Source: the human T2T-CHM13v2.0 reference genome, Homo sapiens. Taken from it: 64,000 bases of DNA. The notes under the pieces were generated by a model. The model ran no database searches. It had not been told where the DNA came from and saw only the letters and a program-made list of their open reading frames with translations. Position 1 is the first letter of the stretch. Each line of letters begins with the position of its first letter. Made by a program: the position numbers and the translations under genes. This document shows positions 36,246 to 58,891 of the stretch, one piece after another. Where the stretch lies: the NCBI RefSeq assembly GCF_009914755.1, contig NC_060927.1; one strand, given 5' to 3'.

Positions 36246-36652
36246 CAAAAAAATTCTGTATTGTTAATGAAATGCAAATAACGAAAGGAAAAAAAAACCT
36301 GTATTCTAGTTCCCACTGACTTCCCACTATCCCCATTACTAATATTATAATCTTCTTAGCACACTTTATTTTCTAGTGTTTACTTCCTGTCTAAATTCTA
36401 AAATGGAGAAACCAGGTACAAATACCTCTATCTTCTCATTAAATATTAACACCAAGCCAAACAGTAGGGGAGAAAAAGGGAAGATACATGTTTTATAGAC
36501 TTTCATATGTGAAAGTCTTGGGTTTTTTTTAAACCTAGAACTCTGCTTTAAGGAATTTTAACCCCTTTACAGGATGCTAAATAGAACTCTCCAGACACAA
36601 ATCGGGGCAGAGGAGATGGTGGGTGGGTGGGAGGTTCTTAATCATACAAGAA

Positions 36653-37163
36653 CAGTCATGCCTCACTTAATGATGGGGACACATCTTGAGAAATGAGTTG
36701 TTACGTTATTTTATCACTATGTGAACACCATACAGTGTACTTACACAAATCTAGATAGTACAGCCTATGATACACTTAGGCTGTATGGTACAGTCAATTG
36801 TTCCTAGGCTACAAAGCTGTACAGCAAGTTACTGTACCATAGGCAACTGCAGACAGCTGTAATACAATAGTGTTTGTGTATCTAGACATATCTAAACATA
36901 GAAAAGGCACACTAAAAATATGGCATTACAGGCTTGGTAGTGCATGCCTGTAATCCCAGCTGCTTGGAAGCTGAGGCACGACAATTGCTTGAAACCGTGA
37001 GGCAGAGGTTTCAGTGAGCCGAGACTGTACCACTGCACTCCAGCCTGGGCAAGAGTGAGACTCCATCTCAAAAAAACAAAACAAAACAAAAACAGCATTA
37101 TAAACTTATGAAACAACTGTCTTATATGTTGTTGATCAAAATGTCATTATTCAGCACATGACT
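36653..37163. mobile_element. Tigger3 (Golem)-type DNA transposon with an inserted Alu arm (~36930-37090)
   Basis: CAGTCATG... terminus, body gtacttacacaaatctagatagtacagcct, ends ...CATGACT. Confidence 0.75.
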
Positions 37164-40100
37164 ATGTGTGATTTTGGCTGGCAAATGATGTTCACGCACC
37201 TCCGCTTGGATTACAAGTAGCATGAGATTAATAATCTTATTTTAAGGATTTTTACTCAAGGTCCTTCCTAAATTGTTACAACCCAAAGAGAACCTGGACA
37301 CTTAAATATGGCATGAGCTTAACTATCAGCAAACAGAAAGCCTTTGCACTGTAAGATTATTTTTTCTAAAAGCAAGTATCATATTTTGGTAGATGAAATT
37401 CATCCCCCACTGGAAGCAAAACCTGTTCTATCTACAAAGTATTAAACACATCAAGATTTTGTCGTAGGTAAATAATTCATAAATAAATACTAAACTTGAA
37501 AGTGTTTTGGTCACTAGGTCAACACAGTAGTCAACTTCCTAGATCAGAGATGAGCCAGGGGCCTTTTGTGTCAAATTACTGATGAATGGGAGCCTGGGTG
37601 AGTGCACAGCCTGGGAATGCTTTGACCTGAAGCATTCCTCTTTGGGTGTGGCTCAAAAGTTTGGAGCCATCTCTGAGAACCAATGGTGCTTCCCTAGTTC
37701 GGCAATAGGTCACTAGCACAGGATAGCTGAAGAAACTTGTGGAGCAGGTATTGAGAGAAACAGGAAGAACTAGGTCCCAGGAAAAACACCCACAGGCAAC
37801 TATGGGAGAAGAATGGACTATTTCCCAAATGCATACCAGAGACCCAAAATAGCTTCTGCCAGTGTTTGACCAGAGTAGAGAGACACAGTTGGGGTAGGGA
37901 GTATGACTTGCGGTGGGAGTTTGAATAGGTTCCTAGCTGAATTGGGGAGAGTGGATTTTTTTCTCCTTACCTTTTGTTACCTTTTTTGTGTTGAAGCCTG
38001 AAAAGAAGCTAAAAAACACTGAACTAGCCTTCAGCTGAAAAGGGAAAAAGATATCAGTCCCCCACAATATTTCAAGGGTAGGCAATGAATTATCTTAATG
38101 ACAAGAAAACAGTAAATATCTAAATAATACAGGAAATAAATAAAAACTAGAGGGGCTTTCTGGGCAACTTGCAGACTTGGTAATGACAGCTTTCTAACAT
38201 TCTGGCACAACCCAGATCTTTGTATTCCCCTAGAAAAAATGGAGGAGGAGGGAGCATTTGTTGAGCTCCTACTCTAAACCAAACATCACACTAGGTACTT
38301 CCATATATGTTATCTCCTTTAATAACTTCAACAACCATGTACAATAAATATCATTACATTTTTACAGAGGGAGAAACTGAGGCTCAGATGAGTTATGTAA
38401 TCTACTCAGAGCTGGCAAGCAAATTCAAGTTTGTCCACTCCAAGGAATAAGGGTTAATTAATTAATCCCCTCCATTCCTCTTTAGCGGCTAAACGCTAAA
38501 CTGGGATGAGCTCACCCATAAATCTCTTTTATGGAAGATTGTATACGTCATATTTCCTAATTGGGATTTTGCTTCTCTCATAAATGAAGGGCTAATTTGA
38601 TTCAGTACCCTCAGTTTCTATTTCAAACTTATTGTCCAAATCTAGCCTACATATCGTCTGGAGATTCTCAGATCACTTTTCAGTTGACAGGTCTCACACA
38701 TAGAATAAAGGGGCTAAAACAGGTACCTCTGAGCATACATCTGAGCATACATCATTGGGTTATGTCCAATGATGGTCAAATCAACTAAAATTATATTTAA
38801 ACAACCATTTGTTTAGTTAGAACTCTAACAGCCTGTGCCTAATTGGGTCAGCCTAGTTACTAACTGTTCTACTGCATGTGACAACTGCTCAGGGTGACTG
38901 TCTCCTGTATTTTTGCTCTTATGACTCAGTGCAATTTAAAATATCCCCGGGTTTAATACAAACTTTCTCAGAAGCCGATTTCCAATGGACAGTAATCCCC
39001 TTCAAATACAAGCTTTCAAAATGGCATTAATGCTCATCAACACCTGGGGGGTTTTTAGCCTGCCCTACATGACACTGCTTTATACAGGCTACAGTAGCTC
39101 AGTAGGATTCCAGGCCAGATCCCCTAAGAAAAAAACTACCAAAGAAACCAGCAAAATTCTCAATTAATGTTTTCCTAGCTCTCTCTTATTTTCAGTACAT
39201 TTTGCCACAGCTGAACTTTTCCTTTTGGTAGCCTATTAATATATTTACACTCACTACAGGAACAAAACTAATCCTCAGTTTCTAGCAGCAAATTAAATAT
39301 ATGTAAAACCATTTTACTGTGTGACCTGGCAAAAGTCACTTTATCTTTCTGAGCTTCAGTGTTCTCAACTGTAAATAAGATTAATCTAGATATCTAAGGG
39401 TCCCTTCTACTTCTGAAGTACTGTGAACCCAGCTGCCACTAACAAAACATGGGATGAAGAAACTAACTGGACAAGAATCTGAAGTTGGCACAGGTCTCAT
39501 CACTTAAAAAAATTTCTAAACCTTGTCTCCTGCCTTCCCCAAATACATGATCTCACTCATAGCTGAATGCACAATGGTAAAACTCAATACCTAGTCACTA
39601 GTCAAAGGCTGAGGTGGAGTTCAGATCCAAGCTCTGCTACAATGGCTTCCTGGGCTAAGTGCATGTGGGCAATGAAAAAATAATGTGTCAGTCATGGTAC
39701 AATTATGTGGGTGAAGAGAGAGAGACTGTGCTCTATAGGCTTTGGAATGCTTCTGATTATTCCAGAGTTAAGCAGATGGTCTTGGGCAACTATCTTCACT
39801 TGGAGCTACTCACTTGGGTAGACAGCAATGGAAACACATTAAGCGAAGGACATTATTGAGAAGGGATTCTGAGAAGGGGAAATAATGACCGAAGTAGGGA
39901 TTTCCTTAAGAAGGTTTCACCTATTTATTTACACTGCTGTACTGGCCTAGGAAACTTTCCAGAGCTTGCATATTCATAGCATTTTTATAAAATATGTTAA
40001 AAACAGTGACTCAACTTTTAGTAAACATTTACTTCAACTTGGGATAGGCCTAATACCCACTGCCAATGCATCTAATGCTTCAGAGAGCTAGGCTTTCAAC

Positions 40101-40889
40101 CATATAGATTTCGGGATTGAGCTTTGAAAAAAATCATCCTGGTATGAAAATAACACTGAATTTGAAGTCAGACAAAACTGGGTTTTGAATCCTGGCTTTA
40201 CCACTTACTGAGTGACCTCTGGCAACTTTTAAAACCCCACTGAGCTTCAATTTCCTCATCTTTAAAATGGGAATAATACAATTTACCTGTAGGGCCTACT
40301 GTGAGGATTGGCAAATGTACGTAAAACATCTAGCACTAGGCACATCACAGGAGTTTAACACTGTTCGTGGTAGTGGCCTTGTCACCATCATCATCAAATA
40401 ACAAACAGCAACACTGTGCATGGCCTCCCTCTCATCAACTCAGATACTAGTAAAATAAACTAAAGCGTAGAAAAAAAATGTATCCTGAGCATCCACGCAT
40501 GCATTAACTGGTTCTTGGTCACAGAAGGATCTGTGAAGTCCATCCACAGCCTACTTTCTTCCTACACAAAAAGCAAAGCCTACAACAGAGTAGAAGTAGA
40601 ATTAGTAAAGAGAGGCTGCTGCGGGTAGCTCACTAACAGTGTGGAGAAGAAATGGAAAGGAGAAAAAACTATAAAAAAAGCAGACAAACTGAAAAAAGCC
40701 TAGGGCCATTTACTGTAGAGGCACATAAATGGACAGCTTCACTAACCTGAGAGTATCACTCTAAGCTGAATACTACCATATCTAAGCTCTTTCCATTAAG
40801 TTAGATTCAGTGTACTTTGTAAAAGAAGGCAGAGAAATTTCCCCAAAATGCTTAAAATGTGAAAAGTTTCAGTGCTTAAAATAGGTTTC

Positions 40890-41677
<788 letters not shown>

Positions 41678-42325
41678 GACTTCAATTTGTAGAAAAATTT
41701 TATTTATGTGAAAGCATTCAAAGATCAACAAAATTAGATGAATATGTTTACTGTATAAAGCCATATATAATGGAGGGGAAATCTCTATCTGCTTTATACA
41801 GGGAATTATTGGAACAACAAAAATAAAGTACAATAGTTGTGACTTTTCCACTCCCTTTTTTGGGGAAAAAAAGGGCTTTCTTTCTTCAAGATTGTGTTTT
41901 AAGGAAAAGTCATTCTAAAACTGAAATGGGAAAACAAAACAAGTCAGATTACGTAGTATGTCTTCTCCTTGCCTCCTGGTTTTAACTCTCTTTTTGAAAA
42001 TTCAAGTTTTCTTCGTTCTGTCTTCATTCCATAAAACTACTCATTTACCTACTAGAAAGAACCCAAAGTGCAATGAAAGAAATGCACTGCTCATTACCTC
42101 CTAAATGGCTTGAACTTAATTCTTCTAATGAGGTGTTAATGAGCAGCTAACGTTCTGTCCTATTATGTCTCCGACTTACACTAAATGGATTCAAAGGTGG
42201 CTCCTGAGAGACCTGTTTCTGATTTTCTCATATCTTGACTTTCTACATCTTGACATGAAGACATAACAAGCTCTATATGAATTTTAAGCTCTGGGGCAAT
42301 TTAAAAACTACAAGGTATCCATTCA

Positions 42326-44068
<1,743 letters not shown>

Positions 44069-44763
44069 GACGAGAATATTATTTCTCTCTGCGTGTGAAG
44101 GTAACAAGGAGAAAGGACACATATTCAGAGTATAGCCAAGAGTGGTCTAATATGAATATGTAGTGTAATATTAAACACAAAAACGAGACCAGCTTCTACC
44201 CTTAACAGAGACTATGATTCAAAGCACTTAACCCTTTGAGAATTTTCTAACTCTTGTAGAACCATTTCATGTTTAAGTCCACTCTCATTCAAACACTTGT
44301 CAATTCATAATAAAGGTAACATTCTTATTTGGATTTGTTTGCAGTCTAATCTTTCTATACCAAGTTGCCCAGATATGTGTGTTTAAGGCCAAATACCTAT
44401 AGAAGTCACTACATTTTGCTTGGGTGATATCTTTGATATCTACACAGTTCTAAGAATTACAGATCTTTTGAATTCAATGTAGTACAGTTACAGGCTGCAA
44501 TGACTGTGTAGTTTTATAATTATAAATAAATAGGTGAAATACTTTAGAAAGCTTGGACTTCATTTTAAAGTTCTAAACTGGCACGAAAGACTGGAGAGTT
44601 ACAGCAATGCTTCATCAGGAACTCATGTGGATGTCTTATGACATACCGAAAGTGCTCTGGACACTCTAGAGAAAGATAAAGACTTTTAAAAGCCATTTCC
44701 CCATATCTAAAGGGAGGGGAACCCTACACAAATAATTTCAGATATTAATTCCATGTGACTTAC

Positions 44764-45698
44764 CTATATCGCTCCTCCTGTAAGGTCTGCATTATTAAGG
44801 AATAGTCCCTCTGATAATGTTCCTTGAGAGTCTCAAAGGATTCCTCTAGTCTGGCCTGGGTTTCCCGGATCTCCTGGATCTCATGTAGTAGTGCATCAAA
44901 TCCTGAGCTCTGCATGTCCAGGGTGTTTGTTTTGGAGCTGGATGCTCCTACAGCGATGCCCCCTGTGGTGCTGTTGGCTCCCACTGAGCCTGAAGTGGCA
45001 CTAGAACAATCTTCTTCACTACCATATTTTGGGCTAGACTGAAAGTTTGAAATCACTCCCAAAGCCTTCCCCGCATCATCCACTTGCCCTTCCTCTAAAG
45101 AGTCCTTCAGGTTGGGGATGTTGTCTGCACTGCCAAATTTGTTCCGAATGAGTGAGGCAATCTCTCTGGGCTTTGAGACTACAGCGCCTGCTGCTGAATG
45201 GGTGGCCTGGGAGAAGCTGGAAAACCCACCTTTGACACTATCCACCACACCTTCACTGAAGCCAGTCACCTTTGCTCCTACATCCTTCAGACCCTGGTGC
45301 ATGTCCCTGAAGACATCCTTTGGCTGCCGGGGGATCCCATTCTGCTCTACCTCTCTGAGCTTCCTGTGGTAGTGCTCAAGTTTCTTTTGCAGCTGGAGGA
45401 TAGTTTGGGCAGATTTCTGGTTCTTCTTCTCAAAGACTTGCTTGATGCGGGCAGCCTGCTGTTTGTCTGCACTGTTGGCAAGCTTCAAGTATTCAGCAAC
45501 GTTGTCGTCCCGGGCTGTTTGTGCAATCTTGATTTGTTCTGTGAGCTTCAGGATCTTCTGCTGCAGGTGAGCAATGGCAGCCTTTGTGCGCTGAGGGTCT
45601 GGTGTTCCATCCACAGAGTCTGTGTGGATGCTGCCATCGGTACTGGAGGCCACTGCACTGGATGTTTGGGCAAGGCTGCTTACTTCCAACCGTTCGAT
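44764..45698 (-). CDS. TMCC1: TMCC1 large internal coding exon (935 bp; IERLEVSS...QEERY-R), coiled-coil region
   Basis: 309-aa open frame recognisable as TMCC/TEX28 family ([28 protein letters not shown]). Acceptor ttgtttttacactag|ATC at 45699-45700; donor AG|gtaagt at 44763. Starts phase 0, ends phase 2. Confidence 0.97.
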
Positions 45699-46748
45699 CT
45701 AGTGTAAAAACAAGAGGTACATGTTAGAAGCCCAAGAGGACTACGTCTTCAAAATCAATGGGCCAAAATGTATTGGAAATGTGTCTACTCTCAAATCTCA
45801 GTAGATAACTGACCTATAATTCCCCCTTGTCCTATGCCAGCCCTGTCTCCCTCTTACATACTGCCCTCATACAAGTATACTTTAAGCAAAACAGATATAT
45901 GAAAAAAGATCTGCACAAGATATAAGCTGGGGGATTCTTCCTTTGCTAGAGGATTTTTCAGTGTTTCTTCACACAATAACACTCCCTTAGTGGGTTTAAA
46001 GTATGAATTAATTCACTTTCTTTACACATAATTTTTATTCAGAAGAACATCTATGTAAAACAAGTTGCATCTGCATTTCAATATAATTATATGAAAACCC
46101 TTTTGGTGTTCAGACATCACTGTAATTCTGATCCACACTTATAGATTATGGTCACCTAAATGTGTCGGCAAGAATAGGTATGTTACTGGCTAGATATAAA
46201 AATGCAATTTTTATCATAATGATTTTTATCCAAATCATGTCAAGGGTGATGGATCATTCTATATATTCTAAGGATATTTAAGTGGCAGCTGGAGATGGTT
46301 GGAGGCAAGATGGGAAAGTAACTGCTGAAAGTGGCAAAGATGAATGTTACCAAATCAAAGGTGATAACCTTGAGCAAGAAAACTTGAAAACTCAGGGACA
46401 GGAACAGTAAGAGCTAAGTTAACAAGTCAGGGACAAGGATCAGGTCTTTCGGAGCCCATATTTTGTGACCTTTATCCAGTAAAAGGTTTTTGTTAGGCAA
46501 GGGACTCCAAAGCACGTATACTTAATCCTTTCATGTGGGTGAGAACCATTCAAAGGAGTTGAAGAAAAAGACAAGATACTCAGATTTAAAAGCATAAATG
46601 TTCACTCTTCAACATAGTTAGCTAAATTTGGGGAGGTCAAGTTTCCCAAATTCAGGACAAAAAAATCCTTCAGTAGGTCATCCCTGGGTGTGGCTTGTGG
46701 TGGTGAATTTGAATAGGCCCCAAAGAAGAAGGCTCTAGAAACTGTTCT

Positions 46749-48240
<1,492 letters not shown>

Positions 48241-48300
48241 TATTTGATTATATCTCTAAAATGAAAAAAAAAAAAATCTCTACACTAAACTTTCAACATA

Positions 48301-48615
48301 CAGTCATATGCTGCATAATGACATTTCGGTCAATGATGGACTGCATATACAACAGTGGTTCCATAAGACTATAATACCAGATTTTTACTGTACCTTTTCT
48401 GTTTAGCTATGTTTAGATATGCAAACACTACTGTGGTACACTGCCTACAGTATTCAGTACAGTAACCTGCTGTACAGGTTTGTAGCCTAGAAACAATAGG
48501 CTATACCACATAGCCCAGGCGTTATACCATCTAGGTTTGTGTAAGCACACTCAGCGATGTTTGCACTTTGACAAAACTCCCTAAATGCATTCCTCAGAAT
48601 GTATCCCCATATTTA
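48301..48615. mobile_element. Tigger3a-like DNA transposon
   Basis: TA-CAGTCATATGCTGCATAATGACATTTCGGTCAATGATGGACTGCATATAC; opposite orientation to the 36.6 kb copy. Confidence 0.75.
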
Positions 48616-48909
48616 CAAGTGATCACATTTTAGATGTGATTTTATTTCCTTATGTAGTAACTGAAGAAATAAACTAGGCTGTCTTTAATCTGACTTCCGT
48701 CCTACTTGGGCTGTTTGGAGCCATAGTGTGTCCTGGCTCCTACTCAGAATCATCAACATGCCTGCAAGAGTATAGCTGATAGAACCCAACGTCTTCAGCC
48801 TCTAAAAAAACTAACCCATAGCTTCAGCAGTAAGGTAGTTTAACACCTGAAACCATGAATCACTGGACTACTGGAACTCCTCCCAATTCTAGCAGAAACA
48901 ATTTTTTTA

Positions 48910-49035
48910 AAGGAGGGAGAAAATGGGAAATAAGGGGAGGGGAAGAGAGGAGAATGATGGAGTGAAAGAAAGGGAAGGAGAGAGGAAAAAACCAGAGGAG
49001 AGGAAGAAGAAGAGTGGGGTGCAGAGGGAGAGTAA
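48910..49035 (+). repeat. GA-rich low-complexity purine tract
   Basis: Almost all purines over ~125 bp. Confidence 0.7.
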
Positions 49036-49279
49036 AGGAGGAAAGAAAGAGAAAGTTACATTGGACTACAGAATCACAGGACAGGGGAGGAAAACAGTCG
49101 TGATATACTCTGAGTTAGGAACAAAGTCCTTAAAGGGGAATTCCATGCTCTAGGCATTAATACTTAGCACTTAGCTATGAGTTTTGAAGGCACCAACTGA
49201 AAAGTGGTTCCCTTTTTCAACAGCCTTTGCTGGCATATTAGGCTGTTCATATATAACAACATAAAATTAGATTTCTCTT

Positions 49280-51695
49280 CTTTTTTTTTTGAGACAGAGT
49301 TTTGCTTTTGTTGCCCAGGCTGAAGTGCAAAGGCGCGACGTCAGCTCACTGCAACCTCTGCCTCCTGGCTTCAAGCGATTCTCCTGCCTCTTCCTGAGTA
49401 GCTGGGATTACAGGCGCACGCCACCACACCCAGCTATTTTTTTTGCATTTTTAGTAGAGACGGGGTTTCACCATGTTGCCCAGGCTGGTCTTGAATTCCT
49501 GACCCCCAGTGATCTGCCCGCCTCCCAAAGTGCTGGGATTATAGGCGTGAGCCACTGTGCCCGGCCATAAAATTAGGTTTCTAACTCACTCCAGATAGAC
49601 AATTAAATCCCAAATGTAAAAGGCAAAATTTAAAAACCTTTCAAAGGCAGCACTGCAAAATAAGGAAGGCTTTTCTTAAATATACAAGGAAAGGCACAAA
49701 TCCAACAAACAAGATTGAGTCTGGCTCCATATAGTACAGTAGTGAAGCATGGATTCTGGCATAAATGGCTTGGGTTCAAATCTGGCTTTGCTACTAGCAA
49801 GTTATTTAGACAAGTTACTTAACCTCCGCATCCATTTCATCAACTGTACTAATGCTCACTTTAGAAGACAATTATGAGGATGAAATGGGTCAACAAATAT
49901 AAAAGGGCTTAGAACAATACCTGGCACTGAGTAAGTTGTTAGCACTGTTTTTGTACCATGAAAGTGGTTCTTTTAAAAAATTTAAATGTTAAGAGTTCCT
50001 AGAATATATTCCCGTCCAAGATCTTTCCACATTTCAGGCATGAACAAGAGATACGTAAAGAGTGAACCAAAGGAATAATGTAATTCAACATTACAATAAA
50101 AGTAATATAGTCACCTATGCTAGATATAGTTGGCCTCGTGGCTATACACTTGGCTAGCTAACCTTCCAATCTTAAAAACAACATTACAGGCTAGGCGCAG
50201 TGGCTCACGCCTGTAATCTCAGCACTTTGAGAGGCCGAGGCAGGCGGATCACGAGGTCAGGAGATCGAGACCATCCTGGCTAACACGGTGAAACCCCATC
50301 TCTACTAAAAATACAAAAAATTAGCTGGGCGTGGTGGCGGGTGCCTGTAGTCCCAGCTACTCAGGAGGCTGAGGCAGGAGAATGGCGTGAACCTGGGAGG
50401 CACAGCTTGCAGTGAGCCGAGATCGCGCCACTGCACTCCAGCCTGGGCGACAGAGCGAGACTCTGTCTCAAAAAAAAAAAAAAAAAAAAAAAAATTACAG
50501 ATGTTGTTATCACTAATTTACAAATGACTTGATTGCCTCCCACCACCAGTTATTACAAGGCAGGATGAGGAAAGCAGCAGCAGTCCCAGCTACTCAACAG
50601 GGTGTCTTTTTCTGACCATATCCTGAGGGGCTTTTGTACTCTCCTGTCAGAGTCCAGAGCATCAGTGCAGCAAATACTGCCCATTCACAGCTGATATTAG
50701 AATTTGTAATTAATTTGTATAGAAAAAGGTAAAAATCAGTCAGTTAAATATATTTTGACTGTTTATTATATGCAAGGCAATGCGCTAAAAAGCTAGGGAT
50801 ATGGTCAGAAGCCACAATTCTGATCTGTTGCTGTAACAGACTATGCTGCTTTGTCTGCATTGTATCTCTTAATATTAAGAGATAGTTTGTCAGACTTAAA
50901 TTTATCTATTAACTGATCTGAATTAATTGACAGAAAACAACCCAAGAGAAAATCTAAACAGCAACACCTCAACATAATCAGGGCAGAGTGGTGCCATTTA
51001 GAGCGCAGCATTTAACTTAGCTTTGTTACTTAGCTCTGTCTACTTTCTCTAAGTAGATGAAAGTGTCAGAACACAATAGCACCCAGCTTTGAGAATAATC
51101 ACGTGTAAAGGCAATGTGGTGGAAAGGGCAAGAATAAGAAGACCTAGGTTCAAACCTAGCTTTATCACCTTACTAGCTGTGTGGTTTTGGGTCACCTACT
51201 TGTTCTCTTTCAACCTTAGTTTTCTCATCTATACAACAGGGTTATCATTTTCTAATGAGATTTTTTGAAAAAATGTTAAAGATGTATTAAGTCAGATGAT
51301 GCCTGCCAAACATGGTAAACTAATTAGTTACCTTCTTCCATCACTTAACCTGGCCTGTACGTTCATTAATCAAAATCCAAATACCTATTTGTAACTAGAA
51401 AAAATTAATAAATTGACCAGGTGTGGTGGCTCATGCCTCTAATCCCAGCACTTTGGGAGGCCGAGATGGGCAGATCACTTGCGCTCAGGAGTTCAAGACT
51501 AGCCTGGGCAACATGCCGAAACCCTGTCTCTAAAAAAAAAAAAAAAATTTGGCCGGGTATGGTGGCACACGTCTGTAGTCCCAGCTACTCAGGAGGCTGA
51601 GGTGGGGGGATTGCTTGAGCCTGGAAGGTCAAGGCTTCAGTGAGCTGAGATTGTGTCACTGCATTCCAGCCTGGGTGACAGGGTCCCCCAAAAAA
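49280..51695. mobile_element. AluS - (49280-49566), AluY + (50189-50493), AluJ + (51414-51695) with MIR fragments between
   Basis: Alu consensus. MIR-like text at ~49740-49930 and ~51110-51240. Confidence 0.85.
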
Positions 51696-52249
51696 GAATA
51701 GTGACTCAGGCTATAATATTCAAGAATCATTCTCACAAGACTTTAGAATGAAGTATATTATATACAATTAGTCTGAAGTCTGTTAATGTGGGAAAATGTT
51801 AAAAATTTTCTATTTTCTGAGCATGTGCTAACCAGGAAAAGGAGACGGTAACAAAAAAGGTGCTTTTATTACTGAGAATTAAAAAATACATATAATATTC
51901 ATGTGCAGACAAGCCAATGTGACTATAGAACTGCTCAATAAGTTCTCCTTTACAAGTTAATTCCTGCTACAAATACTTCAATGATACAGTGTCATTAAAA
52001 CAGAATATTTCTCAGCCTTAGCTTAATTCTATTTATTTCAAGCAATTGTGATAAGATGAAATTCTAAAGTAATGAAGGGATCCAAAATGCTCAATAGGGT
52101 CTATGATAATCTGGCTCTCCCTGAGCTGGTTGTCATGGCTTGTTAGGAAGCTTGTGAAGAGTAGAGGGTCCAAGGAAGAGCTGTTCGAATGATATACCCC
52201 TAATCCCACGTTAGGACTAATTACTCTTCTTACTCTTAAAAATCATTTA

Positions 52250-54275
<2,026 letters not shown>

Positions 54276-55052
54276 ATTTCCTATTCTCTTATTTATTCAG
54301 AGTATTTTTTGGGTGTGCTATGTTCCACTCTTTCATTAGAATCTGAAGTGTTTCCATTTATTGTATCACCAAGAAATCTTAACAAGCTTATTTATAACTT
54401 CTTCATCTGTGTTATAACAGGATCTTATTGCATCAGAGATTGACTTTTAAAAGCTTCCCAAAGTACCTTATCTTCATACATTAAAATCAGACATTTTATA
54501 ATTTTTTAAAAAGCTTAGAGTTCATTTATACTCTTGCATGAATTGCCCTAAAATACTTTAGTATTCTCGTTTTATTAAAAACATGTGTTAAATGCCCAAA
54601 ATTATTTTTCTTCTTTGTGAACTACATGAATATTTCTACTCCTTAGATAGACAGACATTTTCTGAGACTACGAAAGTGGAAGACTCAATCTGGTTTATGT
54701 GTAAATACGAAGATGATAGTAGCAAAGGTAATAGTAGTAACTGAGTGCTTACTATGAACCTGGTACAAATCTAAATGCTTTGCTTATATTAACTTGGTTA
54801 ATCCTCAAAACAAACCTAGGAGATATATACTATTTTAATCTCCATTTTATAGCCGAAGAAATTGAATCAGGAGAAGTTAGGTGACTTGTCGAAGGTCACA
54901 TAGCCAATAAGCAGCAGAGTCAGGATTTGAACTCAGAGGACTTGGCTTTAGAGTCCTTGCTATTCACTGCGTCGCTTGTCATAAGTCATAACCACTACCA
55001 CTTGAGCAGCAGAATAGGGAGGCACTGATGATTTTTACAAAGTTAGACTCTG

Positions 55053-57593
<2,541 letters not shown>

Positions 57594-57989
57594 TAAGTTC
57601 TACTGTTTTTGCTTTTATAACACTGCATGCCAATCCTTTTCATGCCAACCATAGGTGATCAGAGTATTATTTAAACAGTCTCCTTTTTTCCATTCTACCT
57701 TGTACACCACTGGTCTATGAGTATTCCAAGACTAGATTTATCTTTTTCTAACTTGCTTTCCCTAGTGTCTAGTAGCTGGGCATGTTTGGCACCCAACCGT
57801 ATTATCTTATTAATCCAGTGAGGCAGGCACTATTCTAATTTTCTACATGAAAAATCTGGCTCAGAGGCTAACTCAAGCCTTTGATTCCAAATTGTGAGCT
57901 CTCTGTTGTATAGTACACCCATGTCTGATCTTTGACAGACTGTAGTTCTAGCATTACTTGGTTACCTGTAACCGAATAAAAATTATTTT

Positions 57990-58218
57990 TCTACATGTCA
58001 ATAGGTTTTTAATTCTTTGTTTTGTTTTTCATAGATTTAGGGGGTACAAATGCAGTTTTGTTACATGGACATATTGTACAGAGGTGAACTCTGGGCTTTT
58101 AGTATACCTATCACCTGAATAGTGAACATTGTGCCCAATAGTTAATTTTTCAACCCCCACCGCCCCACCACCATCCATCCTCCTACCTTTTGGAGTCCCC
58201 AGTGTCTATTACTGCCCT
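57990..58218 (-). mobile_element. 5'-truncated L1 (L1PB/L1MA-like) 3' end
   Basis: gggggtacaaatgcagttttgttacatgga; 16-bp TSD GAATAAAAATTATTTT at 57974-57989 and 58219-58234. Confidence 0.75.
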
Positions 58219-58864
58219 GAATAAAAATTATTTTAAGAGAAATTTATTTAAACAGACAGGACAGCTTATTGTTCAGACTCCTGATACAATCTCAACAGAT
58301 CAAGTTTCTGTCCTTTAAAAAATATAAAATCTTCGGCAAGGGATACTCCAGGGTGTTATCTTTCCTAAAATCTGTACTTAATTTTGAGAACACAGTTGCT
58401 TTTTGTACAACAGAATAAAGCAGATACACTGATAAAGTTGGTGTAAATGCCTGCTGTATATACTGTCTCTAACGTCTTAAGAATGTCATCAATGTTTAAA
58501 GATCCTGGAAATAAATTAAGGATATCTATGACAAATTGTAAAAAATTGCTTAAATATGTAAATGGTATGGACTTCAGAGACTTGTCTAGTTGTTCCAGGT
58601 TTTTAAATAGAGGTATCTGTAACTCCTAAAAGGGCTAATAAATCAATAAAACTTGGATTCCAAAAGACTGAGAATCAATGCACACCAGTGTTAACTGAGA
58701 TAAGAAGAACATTCAGCTATTCAAAGACTTCTGAAAAGGCAAATTGAATGCTTAAGCCTCTGTGAGGGAATTACTTAAATGGTAAGGATCCAATTTTCAT
58801 AATTTGTTTATGCATTTCTATACTCTGTTGATGTAGGAGTCGGGGAGAGTGGGAGAGACTACGG

Positions 58865-58891
58865 GCAGTACCATCCCTCCAGGTGGCACTA
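58865..58891 (+). promoter_or_regulatory. CTCF binding motif with upstream module
   Basis: GCAGTACC-atc-CCTCCAGGTGGCACTA closely matches the CTCF core (CCASYAGRKGGCRS) plus the upstream TGCAG-type motif. Confidence 0.65.

Noticed and set aside
45198-45707. 169-aa + strand ORF (and 44824-45042, 45112-45372, 26006-26320) antisense to TMCC1 exons
   Set aside because: Shadow ORFs expected opposite coding sequence; no independent promoter, splice signals or recognisable protein.
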